From Eledone cirrhosa (Eukaryota), in contig OZ024742.1 of NCBI GenBank assembly GCA_964016885.1, positions 108,252,001 to 108,316,000 on the forward strand: a stretch of 64,000 bases of DNA, in the 5' to 3' direction. A program made the position numbers and the translations under genes. Below, one piece after another: positions 26,616 through 40,597 of this stretch. Within the stretch, counting starts at the first letter, position 1. Every line of letters begins with the position of its first letter. Below the pieces are notes generated by a model. The model saw only the letters and a list, made by a program, of their open reading frames with translations. It made no database searches and had not been told where the DNA came from.

Positions 26616-28033
26616 AAATAAAGGATTATGAGTTCATGCAATTGACTTATGTTTCGTCACTATATATATATATAAGAAGATAGTACAGCATAATCGAAGC
26701 TCTGGTTGCGGGCAAGCTAATGAATGCTGTCGGGAAGTGCAGCCAAACGCACTCAATAAAGAATTTTACCTTAGAGTTATAACATTACGTTTAGACAGCT
26801 ATGCAAATTGAAGCCAGCGACCGAAAAGAGAGCCGCTAGGACCAGAACAACGAAAGAACCGACTCAGGGAAAAGTTTGACTGTTATCTGGACCATCATGG
26901 ACATACAAAAATTATATAACATCTCCACTAGATTTCTGTAAATCCGAAATCAACAAAATCCATTTGCAGGGGCCTGTAAGTTAATTGGGCTTTGGAAGAT
27001 AGAACAGTGGAATTTACTTCGTCAACAGGTTTTTGTTCTTCCTCCTCCGGTTATAAATACTAGTAGTAAACACTGCCAGTAGACACGTGGATTCTCCGAA
27101 GGGAGGTAACCCCCGGTTTTGGCGGTCAAATTCAAAATTTGAACAATGGAATTAAATCCTTTACACAAATCGAATGAAAGCTCTCAACTAGATGTTATTA
27201 AACAAACATAAACAATTAACCAATCAATAGAATCGTCTAATTAAATTAATAAATTTAATTAGACAATTCTATTGATATATATATATGATAAACTAATGTC
27301 TGTATATATACAATTGAAGGGTAACCGAAACTCCGTGCTCATTTTTTGTATATGTACATTCCAATTAAATACATTTCCCTGTAAATTGAAACAATTACAA
27401 GGAAAAAAAATTACTTTAATTGATTTTCAGATTTGTGTCCCCATCAAAATGGATGTACATCTTCTTAACAACCAAAAGAAAAAACGCACCGGAGAACTTA
27501 TATTCCCGATTATTTATAGTAGGATCCTGAAATGACGTACTCATTTTTGCAAGACTTAATATAGGCACATGTTTATACGATTATGCGATTAAAACCTTGT
27601 ACTATTCTTCAAAATCAATAAATCCTATATCTATATTTTACTAATAATGCCGCCATCCTAGGTTTATTAAGGCTTTAAGTGAAGCAAAATATTTAGAGAA
27701 ATAATTCATATAAAAAACAAAAATAAATGAATTTTATTGAAAGACATTTTATCTCGCGTCTACAAATAATTGTCTTATTAATAAATTAGCAGAATACCTG
27801 TTAAAAAATATAAAAAGAAAATGTTTTGATTTAATAATTCATTAATTACATACAACATCCTATGGGAAGACGCATAAATTCCCGAGATTTCCTTTACCTT
27901 TGTATTTTTTAATTGATATACAAATGAATTTGCAAGGTTTAGTATATTTCAGGTAAATAGTATGGAATTTGTATTTCGATTGTTCTATTTAAAGCATCCT
28001 CAAATCTTAAATCTAGTATGATTATACGCACAC

Positions 28034-28114
<81 letters not shown>

Positions 28115-28190
28115 AAAAATTGAACGGGAACAAAACAGAGAGGCAGTACGAACAAAGGTTTATTAGTTTCACGCTCTTGAGAGTGGGGTG

Positions 28191-28246
<56 letters not shown>

Positions 28247-28296
28247 AAGAATGAAGAGTAACATGGTTGGCTGTACAACAAGGGGCTTTATTTCAG

Positions 28297-28407
28297 GTAT
28301 TGACAATTGTTTCATTGATCAGGTGAGTCCAGAGGTCGCTAATCGCTCGAAGTCGCGTCACTCGATCTCCATTACATTATTTACCTCTCACCAACTCCTC
28401 AGAATAC
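28297..28407 (-). ncRNA. Type I hammerhead with long stem II
   Basis: gtatt-CTGAGGA-gttggtgag...ctcacctgatcaat-GAAA-CAATTG-TC-aatac, then AATAAA. Confidence 0.8.
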
Positions 28408-28789
28408 AAAAAACAATTCACTCATGGCAAGATATATATAGAGAAATAGCGTATAATCAAAACAATAACATCAATAATAAAATATATATGATAAATAGGT
28501 AGAGAAGTTACAGATGTAAAAAGTAAAAAGTAAAAGATAAGAAAAAAGATACAGTAAAAAAGTATTACCTATAACGATAACCTGTACCCCATATACATAT
28601 GAAGGGTGAAGACCCTCTTCGGTCACGAAGTGTCATGTTTTGGACCTAGAAAGTTCCTCTCCGAGGCGAAAGTACGGGCAAAGTGTTTTTACGAAAGACA
28701 AACAGTCGCCCATGAATACCTGTCACCTGTCTCCAAGCCGATACCCCTTGGCACAAGTGACGTCGCATCTTATTTTCTTATTTTTCTAC

Positions 28790-28918
28790 TTGAGTGACGT
28801 GACTGGGACAACGCGAATTATAGTGTCTTGCTCAAGGACACAACGCACTGCCCGGTCTGGTAAACGAACACCCAACCTGACGATTATGAATCCAACACTC
28901 TAACCACCGTCCATGTGA
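28790..28918 (-). mobile_element. tRNA-derived SINE, family C head
   Basis: gtgtcttgctcaaggacacaacgc...ctctaaccac. Confidence 0.7.
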
Positions 28919-28923
28919 CTTTT

Positions 28924-28962
<39 letters not shown>

Positions 28963-29042
28963 ATATATGTATATGATTTCACGTGCTATACATCTAGCTG
29001 CCGAAACGGCCGGAGCTCAGCCGTCGAGGTCCTGACTCTTTT

Positions 29043-29084
<42 letters not shown>

Positions 29085-29921
29085 AATAACAAGAAAAATA
29101 TGGATGTATTTAGGACATGTTCTAATTACATATATATTCCAGTTGAATTTTATCCATACACCAAAAGCACTTTTATTGAATATTTAGAGGAATTATATTT
29201 TGAATAGAAATTCTATTGACAATAAGCAGTAATGTTTAGAACATTATTACATTTCGCCCTTTTTCATGATAAAAATACAAAATCTCTGAGAAGAAAAAAC
29301 CGGTTCTTCTATTGTCATTGGTTTTGCACGAGAATATCTTGCAGGCGATAAAACAGAACATGCAGAGAGAGAGAAAGTGAGTGAGTGAGTGAGTGAGATC
29401 CATAAGAATAATTTCTAAAGATGCATAAATATTCTAGTCAAGAATATCCACTATTTCTATATTTAGAAATTGATCTCACGTGCTATACATCTAGTTTTGA
29501 TTATTTTTATCTAGATATTTCTTGTGTGGTTCGCTAATAGCTACATAGCTACACCACAAGCCTTCTAGCAAATGTCTAATAATTTTGCATTATTTAATTT
29601 GTATTGGCAAAGACTGACACAAAAGGCCACCGGGCTGACTCCTGACAAGATATGTCGCTTCATTAAAATAAATTAATCATTCCAAGCAGAAACTTGTCTC
29701 AAATAGAAAGGCCTGCCGAAAAGTAGAGACATTTTTTTTTATCAAAATTACGATAGAATAGAATTTATCTTATCGTGATAATAAATGTTTAGATAGAAGA
29801 AGGTGTCGCGGTTGACTGAATTTTTTAGTGATTCCAATTACATAATGCTGGATATATTCCATAACATTCAGGCTATGTGAATTCGGCGTCCGTTAGTCAA
29901 CCTATAGATAAATTATGTGAA

Positions 29922-30235
29922 AGAGCATGGTTAAGTGGTTAAGGTGACGGGTTCACGTTCTTTAAGTCCTGAGTTTGATCCTTCGACAGGGCAGCGCAGC
30001 AGTGTGTCTTTGAGCAACACATTTTATTTCATGTAGCTCCAATCCACACAGCTGGTTAAATGAGCTGTCTGTATTTTATAGAGCCAGCCTTGCCACACTG
30101 TATAACATTGAATCTAAGAACTATTTGACGAGTACACATGTCTCTGGAATGATCAGCTACTTACACGCTAATCACACCAGCAGGCTATTCAGGTGTTCGA
30201 ACAATTGGAACACTAGTCGTCGGAACCGACGGAGG
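29922..30235 (+). mobile_element. tRNA-derived SINE, family C
   Basis: A-box tggttaagtgg, B-box-like gagtttgatcc, CORE-like gtgtctttgagcaacacatttt. Confidence 0.7.
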
Positions 30236-30934
30236 TGCAGCAAGAGATAAATCAGGGTTATTCTTTAAGAGATTAATCTTCATTTCTGATTAGGTACAAA
30301 TGATCTAGGTAATGATTTCTAATAAAGGCACAAGTTCGCCAATTTTGGGGGAAGGAGCAGTCGATTATATTGACACCAGTGTTTGAGTAATAATTCATTT
30401 TATTGACCCCCAGGAGAATGAAAAGCAAATTTGGCCACGGCAGGATTTGACAAGTGATCAAAATAATCTACAAATCATACAGAAATCTATATGTTATTGG
30501 GTGTAAAGCTAGGTCAAAGGTTATGAGCAATTCTTTACGTTTAATGTTAATAATTTTGAAGCAGAGAACTGTTATTCGAAGAAACAATAGAGCAACCTAG
30601 AAAATAATAAGAAATATTTAGCTATATCCCTCTAGGTTTTGAGATAAAATCCTAACGAAGTTAATAGTACATGTTATAACTATGGAACCAAACCTTGTTA
30701 TAATTATGGCGTCAAAGACTGTTATAACTATGGAACCAAAGCTTGTAATACACTGGGGTCGATTCAATACATGCTGTCTTACATAAATATTTTACATTTG
30801 GCCAAAACTGAAAATCAATTTATTTGTTGCAGAATGTTCACCGCTGAATTGTGCTACTACGGTATTTTTTTATACAGTTTATGGCTAGACTATATGCTAA
30901 ATATAAAACAGTGCTGGAGAACGTAAGGAACATT

Positions 30935-32842
30935 ATTCATTTAAGTTTGTTGGTTCACCACTGGATAGAACTGATCATTCTGTATAGTCAACCGTGATGT
31001 AATATTAGGAAAAGCACTCGACGTATTGCAGCTCACTCATCTTATGAATTATATATCCTATATTTCATAGATTTTAGGTTTAACATAAATAGTTAATACT
31101 CGAACCTACACTACGTATCACCTGATACCACCTCCACTCTTCTAACCTCTATATTTATAACCATGTATTTTCCAACCGTATTACCTATTGTTTATTATTT
31201 GTTACACGTTGATTTGTATTTTATTTCCTCTGTATTTTGATTTCTTCGATATTTTCTTATTTACTTCCATTTTTACTCCTATGATTGCCACCCTGGGTAT
31301 GACTGCATTTTATTTTCCTTATATACTCATCCTTCTACTCATCTGTTACCTACAATTAATACACGGCACTAGAATATTACTTTCTATACCCTTTATATCT
31401 GTTTATCTTTAATTACTCCCCTTACCCACCCAGGACTCACTCAGCATACAATTTAGTCCCCATTTTGTAAGGATTACATTGAGATATTAGTACATTGTGG
31501 TGCTAGGGTATATATCTACATCTCATCTGTATTTATTGCGGTGTGAGATGGGATTTTATCCCGTATTATTTCAAAATTGGACCGCACATGGAACCCGGGT
31601 TAACTTGGGATTGAGTATAGTTCCTTTACCTATTTCATCAATACATTTCTAATCTTTAATCATAATTTCTAACTCTACATTAAAACCTTTTGGGTTCTGG
31701 TTCTGACTGTACATCTGTGCACTATATATTTTTTAGTATTTTTTATCTATTTCATCTTGGTGTGAATAACTAATAATCGTTTGGTATACGATCGATGATG
31801 GGCTGGCTCTGACGGCCTTCCCGCTTGCACCCCCGGCGCCTGAGTCTGTCAACCTTCCTGGAGTGCTTGGAAAAATGAATTTCCCTTTATTTCGATAGAC
31901 GAAAATACTCGGAACGGTTAGTACGCCCTTGGGCCCTGGGTGAGCCGAGAATCCGTCACGTCACTGGTTATTGGCCGCGAAACAGTACTCTTAAATTTTA
32001 AGCTTAAATTTTACATTATTAATTTTAAATTCTACTCTAAAAGTTTATTATGACTATCAAAGATATATTTCACTTACATGAATGCTTCCTTCTACAAATT
32101 CTTTAACTAAATCTCTCAATTTTAAACCTAAATTTTACATTTTAAATCTTTAATCGTATTTTAATTTATATCTTTCAATTCTAAACCTAAATTTTACATT
32201 TATCTTTAATCGCAATTTCTAAATCTACATTAAAACCTTTTGGGTTCTGCTTCTGACTGTACATCCGTCCACTATATCTTTTAGTATTTTTTAGTACTTT
32301 TGTCTAGCGCCAACGAAAAAAAAAATTTTTCTTCTATGTAACCTGATCTCATTGGACCACTAGCATGTATCCATAGCACAGTAGTAGTCGTGTGATCTAT
32401 AAGCATACGCCCCGCCTGACCAGACCGACAAGACGAAATTAAGTAGATTCCTCACTTGAAGGCAGTCATCCTGGCTGGCAACTGCTGGCTCTAGCCGCCT
32501 TCATTTCTCTCTACTTTTCAGCCCCTTAGATTGTGTCTACCATTATTATATTCCTTTATTAGATAAATTTCGTAACACCTGATGATGTCACCGGGTTCTT
32601 GCAGAGCCCGGTCATTAAAATGTGCATAGTGTTTATAATAAACCATTAAAGAATTTCACCAGTCCAGCCTCCTGTCATTTTACTCAATAATAATTAACTC
32701 CATTCTTGCACAGCCACCAAGATTCAACATAAACGAAGAAGAGTGACGGCTTGCATTTAGTCGAGTGCTTTTCCTAATATTACATCACGGTTGACTATAC
32801 GGAATGGCCAGTTATATCTAGTGGAGAACCAACAAACCTAAA

Positions 32843-32846
<4 letters not shown>
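30935..32846 (+). mobile_element. Family C non-coding PLE-like element, copy 2
   Basis: Inverted terminal piece 30935-31045 matches 32740-32846; internal blocks homologous to 13260-13410. Confidence 0.75.
32574..32633 (+). ncRNA. Type I hammerhead (family C; GAAA mutated to AAAA)
   Basis: aacac-CTGATGA-long stem II-AAAA-tgtgca-TA-gtgtt; stem I covaries with atac/gtat of 14523. Confidence 0.7.
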
Positions 32847-32884
<38 letters not shown>

Positions 32885-33477
32885 AAAGAGTCAGGACCCC
32901 GACGGCTGAGCTCCGTTCGTTTCGTCAGCCAGATCTAGCTGAAATTGAAAATTGTCTGCCTAAAATTTAAGTAAGTGACAATGTCGCTACTTTAAAACAA
33001 TAGCTTTTAATTAAGCATACAGTGTATTGCAAAATACACTATATATATACATTCATATATATATATATATCCCTATTTCAGAGCACCAATTCTAATTTTC
33101 AATTTCTGCTGGGCCGGCGACCGCTCTGTAAAATCAGTTCCTGATTGTTACTGGAATTCTATAAGAATCCAACACACATAATTTTCGGCAGACGGGGAGA
33201 GTAGTGAGTTTTGATAAGTACCAAAAAGTACGAAACAGCGCTGCCAACTTATCTCCCCCTGTCTGCCGAAAATTTAAGTAAGTGACAATGTCGCTACTTT
33301 AAAACAATAACGTATGGTCTTCAAAATGCTTTTAATTAAGCATACAGTGTATTACAAAATACACTATATACACATTCATATATATATATATATATATATA
33401 ACAAAGGGATTGTGGTAAGGAACCAGATGGACTATAACGCATCAGAGTACTCAATACTTAGGGTAGTAGAGTGGGAA

Positions 33478-33590
33478 ATAGGAAAAAGTATAACCCCGGC
33501 GGCAGAGCTGAAACCGTTTCGACGGCTATTTCTGGAGTCCAGAAATAGCCGTCGAAACGGCTTGAGCTTTGCCGTCGGGGTCATACTTTT

Positions 33591-33593
<3 letters not shown>
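33478..33593. repeat. Palindrome of two family B hammerhead 3' halves
   Basis: Centre ctggagtccag; arms GAAA-cgg...ccg-TC-ggggt. Confidence 0.8.
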
Positions 33594-33626
<33 letters not shown>

Positions 33627-33720
33627 ATAATAATAAATTTGAATCCAAAGAGGGCTCGATAAGGATAAATATATAGCAAATATATAAGAACCGTAGAGCA
33701 AATATTTATTAAAATAACAG

Positions 33721-33771
33721 AGTTTCAGAAGATCCCGTTAAGGGTGAAAGCAGCGATTCTTTGCTTAAACT
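33721..33771 (+). ncRNA. Type I hammerhead, CAGAAGA variant
   Basis: agttt-CAGAAGA-t ccc gttaa ggg t-GAAA-gca gcgattctt tgc-TT-aaact. Confidence 0.7.
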
Positions 33772-33782
33772 TTAATCTGTTA

Positions 33783-33947
<165 letters not shown>

Positions 33948-36192
33948 ATGTATATATATATATATACTGTATATATATATATATATATATATACTGTATA
34001 TATATATATACTGTATATATATATATATACATATAGATATATAAATAGACATGCACATGTACATATATGTATATACATATACAGACACATATACTCCTAC
34101 ATACATAAACATGAATGGCTTTACGATACAACCTGTACAGTGAGGTATATTGGACAGTATGAACCCCAAAACATGGAGGGGGACAGGAATGATTACTCTA
34201 GGAGAATAAAGAGGATTTGTTCATTAGAACTCTCTGCGTACAAAAAACACATTGCTTATAATAAATTTGCTGTGTTCATCCTAATGCCAACATTTTGCCT
34301 GCTGAACTGGTCATTGTAAGAACTATACGAGATAGATGTAAGAATTGCAAGCTGCTCTGTGTTATTGGAAACATTAATATGAATAGTGACGTGGATAGGC
34401 TATATTTTCCGCGCAAAGAGAGTAGCTTAGGCTTAAAATTCCTATTAACATCATACAAGACCGAATAATAACACTAAAACAACAAAGTCAGCAACCATCT
34501 CACACAGGTTTTTAAAAAACCATTGTTAGGATAACCTAGGAAAGACATTGTTTAGATAGCCATTGTACTAGAGGAAGGACATGGAATGAAAGGTGACAAA
34601 GAACATTGGAAAACTCTACTCAATGCTCGCGCAAAATATAAGATTAGAATTTTGATATGTGAAGAATAAACGCAACTCCTTAATTCATAAGGTACGAATG
34701 GTTACGATATCTGGAACCTTCAAAATCTGTAAAACATTCTAATGATTTAAAGGATGAACGATTGCACCAGGTTTGACTAAAATATACTTTTCTTTACAAC
34801 CTTGTCAATTGGAAGTTGCTCGGTCAAAACTAAACCCAAATTTAAGAGAAAGAGATAACACACACACAAACACACGCACACGCGCACACACGCGCACGCA
34901 CGCATGCACGCACACGTGCCATCACACATGCACCACACACACACACGTGCACAATCACACACACACGCGTGTGCGCGCGCACACACACACACGCATATTT
35001 AACATATATATATATATATATATGCAAATCTGAGATGTCATTTTTGAAAAAGTGGTGGTGTTATTTCAATGCAATTTATTTAAATCATAATGTAATTAAT
35101 TATATTCACCGCAACAATTATAATTCTGCCAACTACGTTAAACATACCAATCTCCCAAATACACATCATATATTCACCATGGCAACTCTCATCACTAGTA
35201 TTAACAATCCCAACGACATTTTATAATTTTTTCTCATAATATATTTTCAATTCTTCAATTTTATACTGTTGTCAGCAGAAGCTGTATCTGAATGTATAAT
35301 ATAATTGACTTTAAACTATAACTCTATTTATTGAAATCAATAACTCATGCTTGTGTTATTCCATTAGTCGAACTTTCCATGATTTTCTCTACATTGTAGT
35401 TGCATATATATTACCTATCCTTTTGAGACAAAGCTTTGTGTCAAATTTCTGCTCGCATCCAAAAATTAGCCGTCCTGTCTTTTGTCACAGCTTGTATTAT
35501 TTAATATATACTTTACCATTATTTTTTACCAATCGAAAATTTCTGACAAGCTTTGTTGTCGATGTATTGAAGAGAAAGTTTATCTATTCAAAGGTTTCTG
35601 TTAGATCGATATAATAAAAGGTTTTATTCCATTTCCAGAAGATTGCATTTTAACAGTGCATCATTACTCATTGACCTGGAAGATGAAATATTGTCTGAGC
35701 TTTCAACAAACAAAACAAAAAGGAAAGAAACCGATCATCAGATTGGACCAAGGAAACAATATTACCATTAGTCTTTTTTTCTACTGGTGATACTATCTGC
35801 CGGTTGCAATTCCAGGCAAAGCGATGCGGCATTTGCAATGAACCAGGACAAATACCGAATCATTTAATTTGATGCCCTAACTACTCTGTCTATGAGTAGA
35901 GAAAATCTTTCCTTTGGGAATTATGATATACCGAAGTAGTTGGTTATTTCACAATGCTGCCGTTTATCAGCTCAGGTAGATTTCGAATATATACACTGGT
36001 ACAGACACACATACATGCACACACTCATTCACGCAAGTACCCATGAGCAACTTGTGTGTCAGGTAAGACATAATCCGCAAAACATCCGTACTCACCATAT
36101 AATAACTACCACCTATCTCCCTGTCATGATATTCATAAACTTCTTATATATTCAGTACATAATAAATACTGGCAAAGCGACACAAAATAAAA

Positions 36193-36371
36193 TAATTGTT
36201 TCTATATTTGGCACAAGGCCAGCAATTATCCCAATGTATTACTTTAACTTATCGAACCCGTAAGGATGAAAGGCAAAGTTAACCTCGGCGGGATTTGAAC
36301 TCAGACCATAAAGGGACGTAACTCTTTGCTGCAAAGTATGGCATCCGACCCTCTACCGATACTGCTAATCC
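36193..36371 (-). mobile_element. tRNA-derived SINE, family M
   Basis: Same consensus as 3016-3193. Confidence 0.85.
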
Positions 36372-37360
36372 ACAATGTCTCAGAGATACGTTATAGCGTA
36401 TTAAATCTGAAATACCTAAGTTACAATTAAGATATGATTTTTACTATCTTACCGTATCGCCAATCTCATTATCATGTCTAATGTTTCGGAAATACAGTGT
36501 CTGTTGGCTAGAGAATGTTTGAAGCTATCTCATATAATTGCCTTCATAACTCTGAAACACACAACTGATGTCAGAAATATATTTAAATGTTTTAGCCTGC
36601 ACAATAATAAACCCCCACTCTTATAATAAACCGAGAACATCATAAGATTTAAATAAGCGACATTTGAACAATAGATGCATTATAAATAATAAACTAGATT
36701 TGTTGCAATATTTAATTACAAGACTTACTTTTCGTTCAGAATACAAATCTCATTCAGTTTTGCTTTGTGTTTCTACACGGTTGATATAATTGTCAATATA
36801 TTTGTCCGTGGGAATGCTTTTGCGGACTTTTCCGCGTGGTGCAGCCCCATTCTTTTGTGACACTAGAACCCTTGCCTTTCCCTTCCTTTCCCGTTTTTTA
36901 TGTTTTATTATTTTACATTCCATTCTTTCTTCTCAACCAAAAAAGTATGTTCTTCTTTTATATATTTGAAGGTTTCAGATTACGTTATTATAAAATTTAT
37001 TGTTTTATAACAAATACAAAATATAAAAAGACTCTTTTCGACGATGTATTGTCCCATGTCAGCGAAATCTATATATCTAAAACAGAGAATATCTGTCTGT
37101 CTGACTCCTTAAAACTCGAGAACCACCCAACCGATCGTTTTCAAACTTTACACATGTAATGCTTATAGTCCTGTGAGTGTTTTGAGCAAAAGATATTTCA
37201 AATTTTCAATGCCCTAGGGACCGCATTTAGGCGATTTAGCGATCTCTCTCTATAATTCTTAGTCTTTCTTTTTAGATAGATACATAGATATAACGTTGCA
37301 CCCTTATAATATCTGTCTGTATGTCTGGCTGTCTGCATTACGACATTATGACGCTATATG

Positions 37361-37391
<31 letters not shown>

Positions 37392-37468
37392 ATAGTGTGT
37401 GTATATATATATATAGTGTGTAACGTTTTTCGAAATATTTACTTCTGCGTTCACAGATTGATATTTTT

Positions 37469-37519
37469 AGTTTCAGAAGATCCCGTTAAGGGTGAAAGCA
37501 GAGATTCTTTGCTTAAACT
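37469..37519 (+). ncRNA. Type I hammerhead, CAGAAGA variant
   Basis: agttt-CAGAAGA-tccc gttaa gggt-GAAA-gcagag att ctttgc-TT-aaact. Confidence 0.7.
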
Positions 37520-37530
37520 TTAATCTGTTA

Positions 37531-37571
<41 letters not shown>

Positions 37572-37575
37572 CATG

Positions 37576-37832
37576 TGAATTCTGACACCCCAGCGAACTA
37601 ACCATATTCACTGAACCAGAACAATTCTCCCATCCAATTTCTCTTGACCATTATCTTTTGCTTGTCATAAAATTCTCTAAAAAGGCTACAGAATAGATTT
37701 CCAAATAAGGGCGCGAAAATTTAATGAAAACTTGTTCACGTGACAGCCATGATTTCATTTATAACCAATCAAATTACGTTTATTAAAAAAAAGCCTTCGT
37801 GAGTCCCCCTTTTTTTAAATAAAAAGAATTTC

Positions 37833-37922
<90 letters not shown>

Positions 37923-38215
37923 AATAAACATACATATCTTTACTTTCTTTATTCAATAGAAAATCTGAATTCTGACACCCCAGCGAACTAACCATATTCA
38001 CTGAACCAGAACAATTCTCCCATCCAATTTCTCTTGACCATTATCTTTTGCTTGTCATGAAATTCTCTAAAAAGGCTACAGAATAGATTTCCAAATAAGG
38101 GCGCGAAAATTTAATTAAAACTTGTTCACGTGACAGCCATAATTTCATTTATAACCAATCAAATCACGTTTATTAAAAAAAAGCCTTCGTGAGTCCCCCT
38201 TTTTTTAAGTAAAAC
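37576..38215 (+). repeat. ~245-bp direct duplication separated by (CA)n
   Basis: tgaattctgacaccccagcg...gagtcccccttttttt at about 37576 and 37966. Confidence 0.9.
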
Positions 38216-38610
38216 GAAATTCAAACACTCATATGTGAAAAAAACAACCTGTTCCTCCCCCCCCCCCTGTTTGAAGAACTTTGTAACGCGAACTGGCGCG
38301 AAATTTATTATAATTATTGACCAACCAATCAAATTACTTCTCTAAAAACCTGGCATTTCGAGCCACTTTTTTCCATATAAAACAAGTAACATTCAGAGAC
38401 CAACCAGATGTGAGAAAAACCACAGATCCTCCATCTGAACTCTACTTTTGAAAAGCAGAAGAAATGCGAAACCGGTAAAGGAACCAAATAAATATATATA
38501 TTTTTTTTAAATAAGACTCCAGTTGCATTTTCGATTTCATATTTTTTTCTTTATACTTTCACTCGTGTAGGACACCTCGGTTATTTTTCATTTTGTAAAA
38601 AAAACCTCAC

Positions 38611-38677
<67 letters not shown>

Positions 38678-38974
38678 CATATATTTGTGTACAGATATTT
38701 TTGCATACACAATAACAAAATATAAACAAACGTATTTATTTCACGAGGCTCGATAAGGATAAATATATATTAAATATATAAGAACCCTAGAGCAAATCCC
38801 GAGCAACGCCGGGCCATTCTGCTAGTATAATATAAAATGATTGCAGGGAAAGAGTCGATCGTTATATTGGTCAAAAGAAACGTTTCTATTCGTCTTTCCC
38901 TTGTTATACTATCTGCCAATCACAACTCCTAGCAGAAGATAGATGATAATCAGATTGGACTAAGGAAACGATAT

Positions 38975-39142
38975 TTTTATTGATCTTTCCATTGCTGATA
39001 CTATCTACCGTTCGCATCTACTGGTAGAAGTAATAAAGTAAATTAAAGTATTTTGCCGAAGAACACAACACGCTGCCCTCTTCATAAATCAAACCCACGA
39101 CCTTATGATTATGAATCCAACAACCTAACCTCTATCCCATGC
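38975..39142 (-). mobile_element. tRNA-derived SINE, family C, diverged
   Basis: Homologous to 47420-47586. Confidence 0.55.
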
Positions 39143-39984
39143 GAGACGTTCTATAATGGACGGAAAACAGTCCAGATCTTAATCCGATAGAATATTCGTC
39201 GTCATGTCTCACGAGACTAGTGTTGTTTTCCAAATAGAACAACAGAGTCCAATGAATTGAAACAATCACCTATGCCGTGTTTAGAGTAATAAATTCTGAG
39301 AATGTGAAGAATCTTATCGCTTCCATGCTAAAGAAAATTGATCTGGTAATCAAAATAAGAGGTTATCCTACTATATACTAATATAAACTTTCCTATTGTA
39401 AAGTAAATAAAATAACTTTGATTTATGTAATGTTTCATATATGTGTTTTCGTGTATTTAAATCTCAACGTTATCATACTAGTCGAAAATATGAATTTTTC
39501 AGAAACATTGGTTTTAGAAAGATGAATATCTTATGACGGTGACTAGCCATCATTTTCTAGATTGTTTCTCATATAGTCTGATAACACAAGAACTTTGCTT
39601 CTCTTTCCTATACTATGTAAGTGCTTGTAGTTTTCTCCCAATATGTTCAATAATATTTTCAAAATATTATGCTGTTAAATATTTTGTTTTAAATACTATA
39701 AGTCATCTAACCCCATTAAACCTTAACATCTTACCAATACCTATATATTCTTCACATAACTACAAATTTCCTGCTTCGAAAGACATTTTGGTAGAAACCA
39801 TTCTGAAAAAAGCAAATTTCCTGCTATGAAAGACATTTTGGCACAATCCATTCTGAATGGTCATTCATATGATCCAGGCTACATGTTCATTTTTTCTGCT
39901 ATATAACGTTTAATATACAAATATGCTCTTAACAGCGAAGGCTGCTAAATAAATACATAAATAAATAAAAAACGGTAGGGAGAC

Positions 39985-40597
39985 AAGAGAGATTGTTCCA
40001 AATACAGAGGGATCTCCTTGTTAAGCCTCTCCGGTAAAGTCTATGCTAAGTGTCTGGCATATAGATGCAAGTGATTGTCGAGTCCAAGCTAAATGATGAA
40101 CAATGTGATTTTCCCCCCGGCCGCAGCACAGCCGACCAAATATTCACACTGCGGTAGTTATTTGAGAAATAGTGGGAGTATTGCCAAGAAGTATATTCTT
40201 GTTTTGTGGACCTTGAAAAAGCACATGGTAGCGTTCCTCGGGAGCTGCTTCTCCGACTTGATAGTTCACAGCTCCGATACTATGGGGATGTGGTTAGAAT
40301 GTCTCAGGAAAGAATCGATGGACTGATTTTACGGGCAAAACCAACCGGCCGGAGGTCTAGGAGTAGACCCCGAGCAAGATAGTCGGATAACATCCATGAT
40401 CTTAGCTGGTCACGTTTGGGGATCCATCCGGATCAATTGGAGACGGTTACTTCTGACAGGACCCTCTGGAAGGAGTGTTTGAGGACTCTACCCCCATGAC
40501 TCTCTCAAGAATACGTTGGCGAAGAAGAAGAAGAAGAAGAAGAAGAAGAAGAAGAAGAAGAAGAAGAAGAAGAAGAAGAAGAAGAAGAAGAAGAAGA
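39985..40597 (+). mobile_element. RTE-clade LINE fragment with (AAG)n tail
   Basis: DCSKYRGISLLSLSGKVYAKCL, DLEKAHG, large deletion, C-terminus, then about 25 AAG units. Confidence 0.8.

Larger units (their letters stand above)
37068..38825 (+). mobile_element. Non-autonomous Helitron
   Basis: A|TCtatatatctaaaa...tgtctgtctg 5' end; 3' hairpin cccgagcaacgccggg, 8 nt, CTAG|T; no TSD seen. Confidence 0.8.

Noticed and set aside
26690-27130. Unique stretch with TATA-like and E-box motifs
   Set aside because: Short motifs expected by chance; no supportable ORF.
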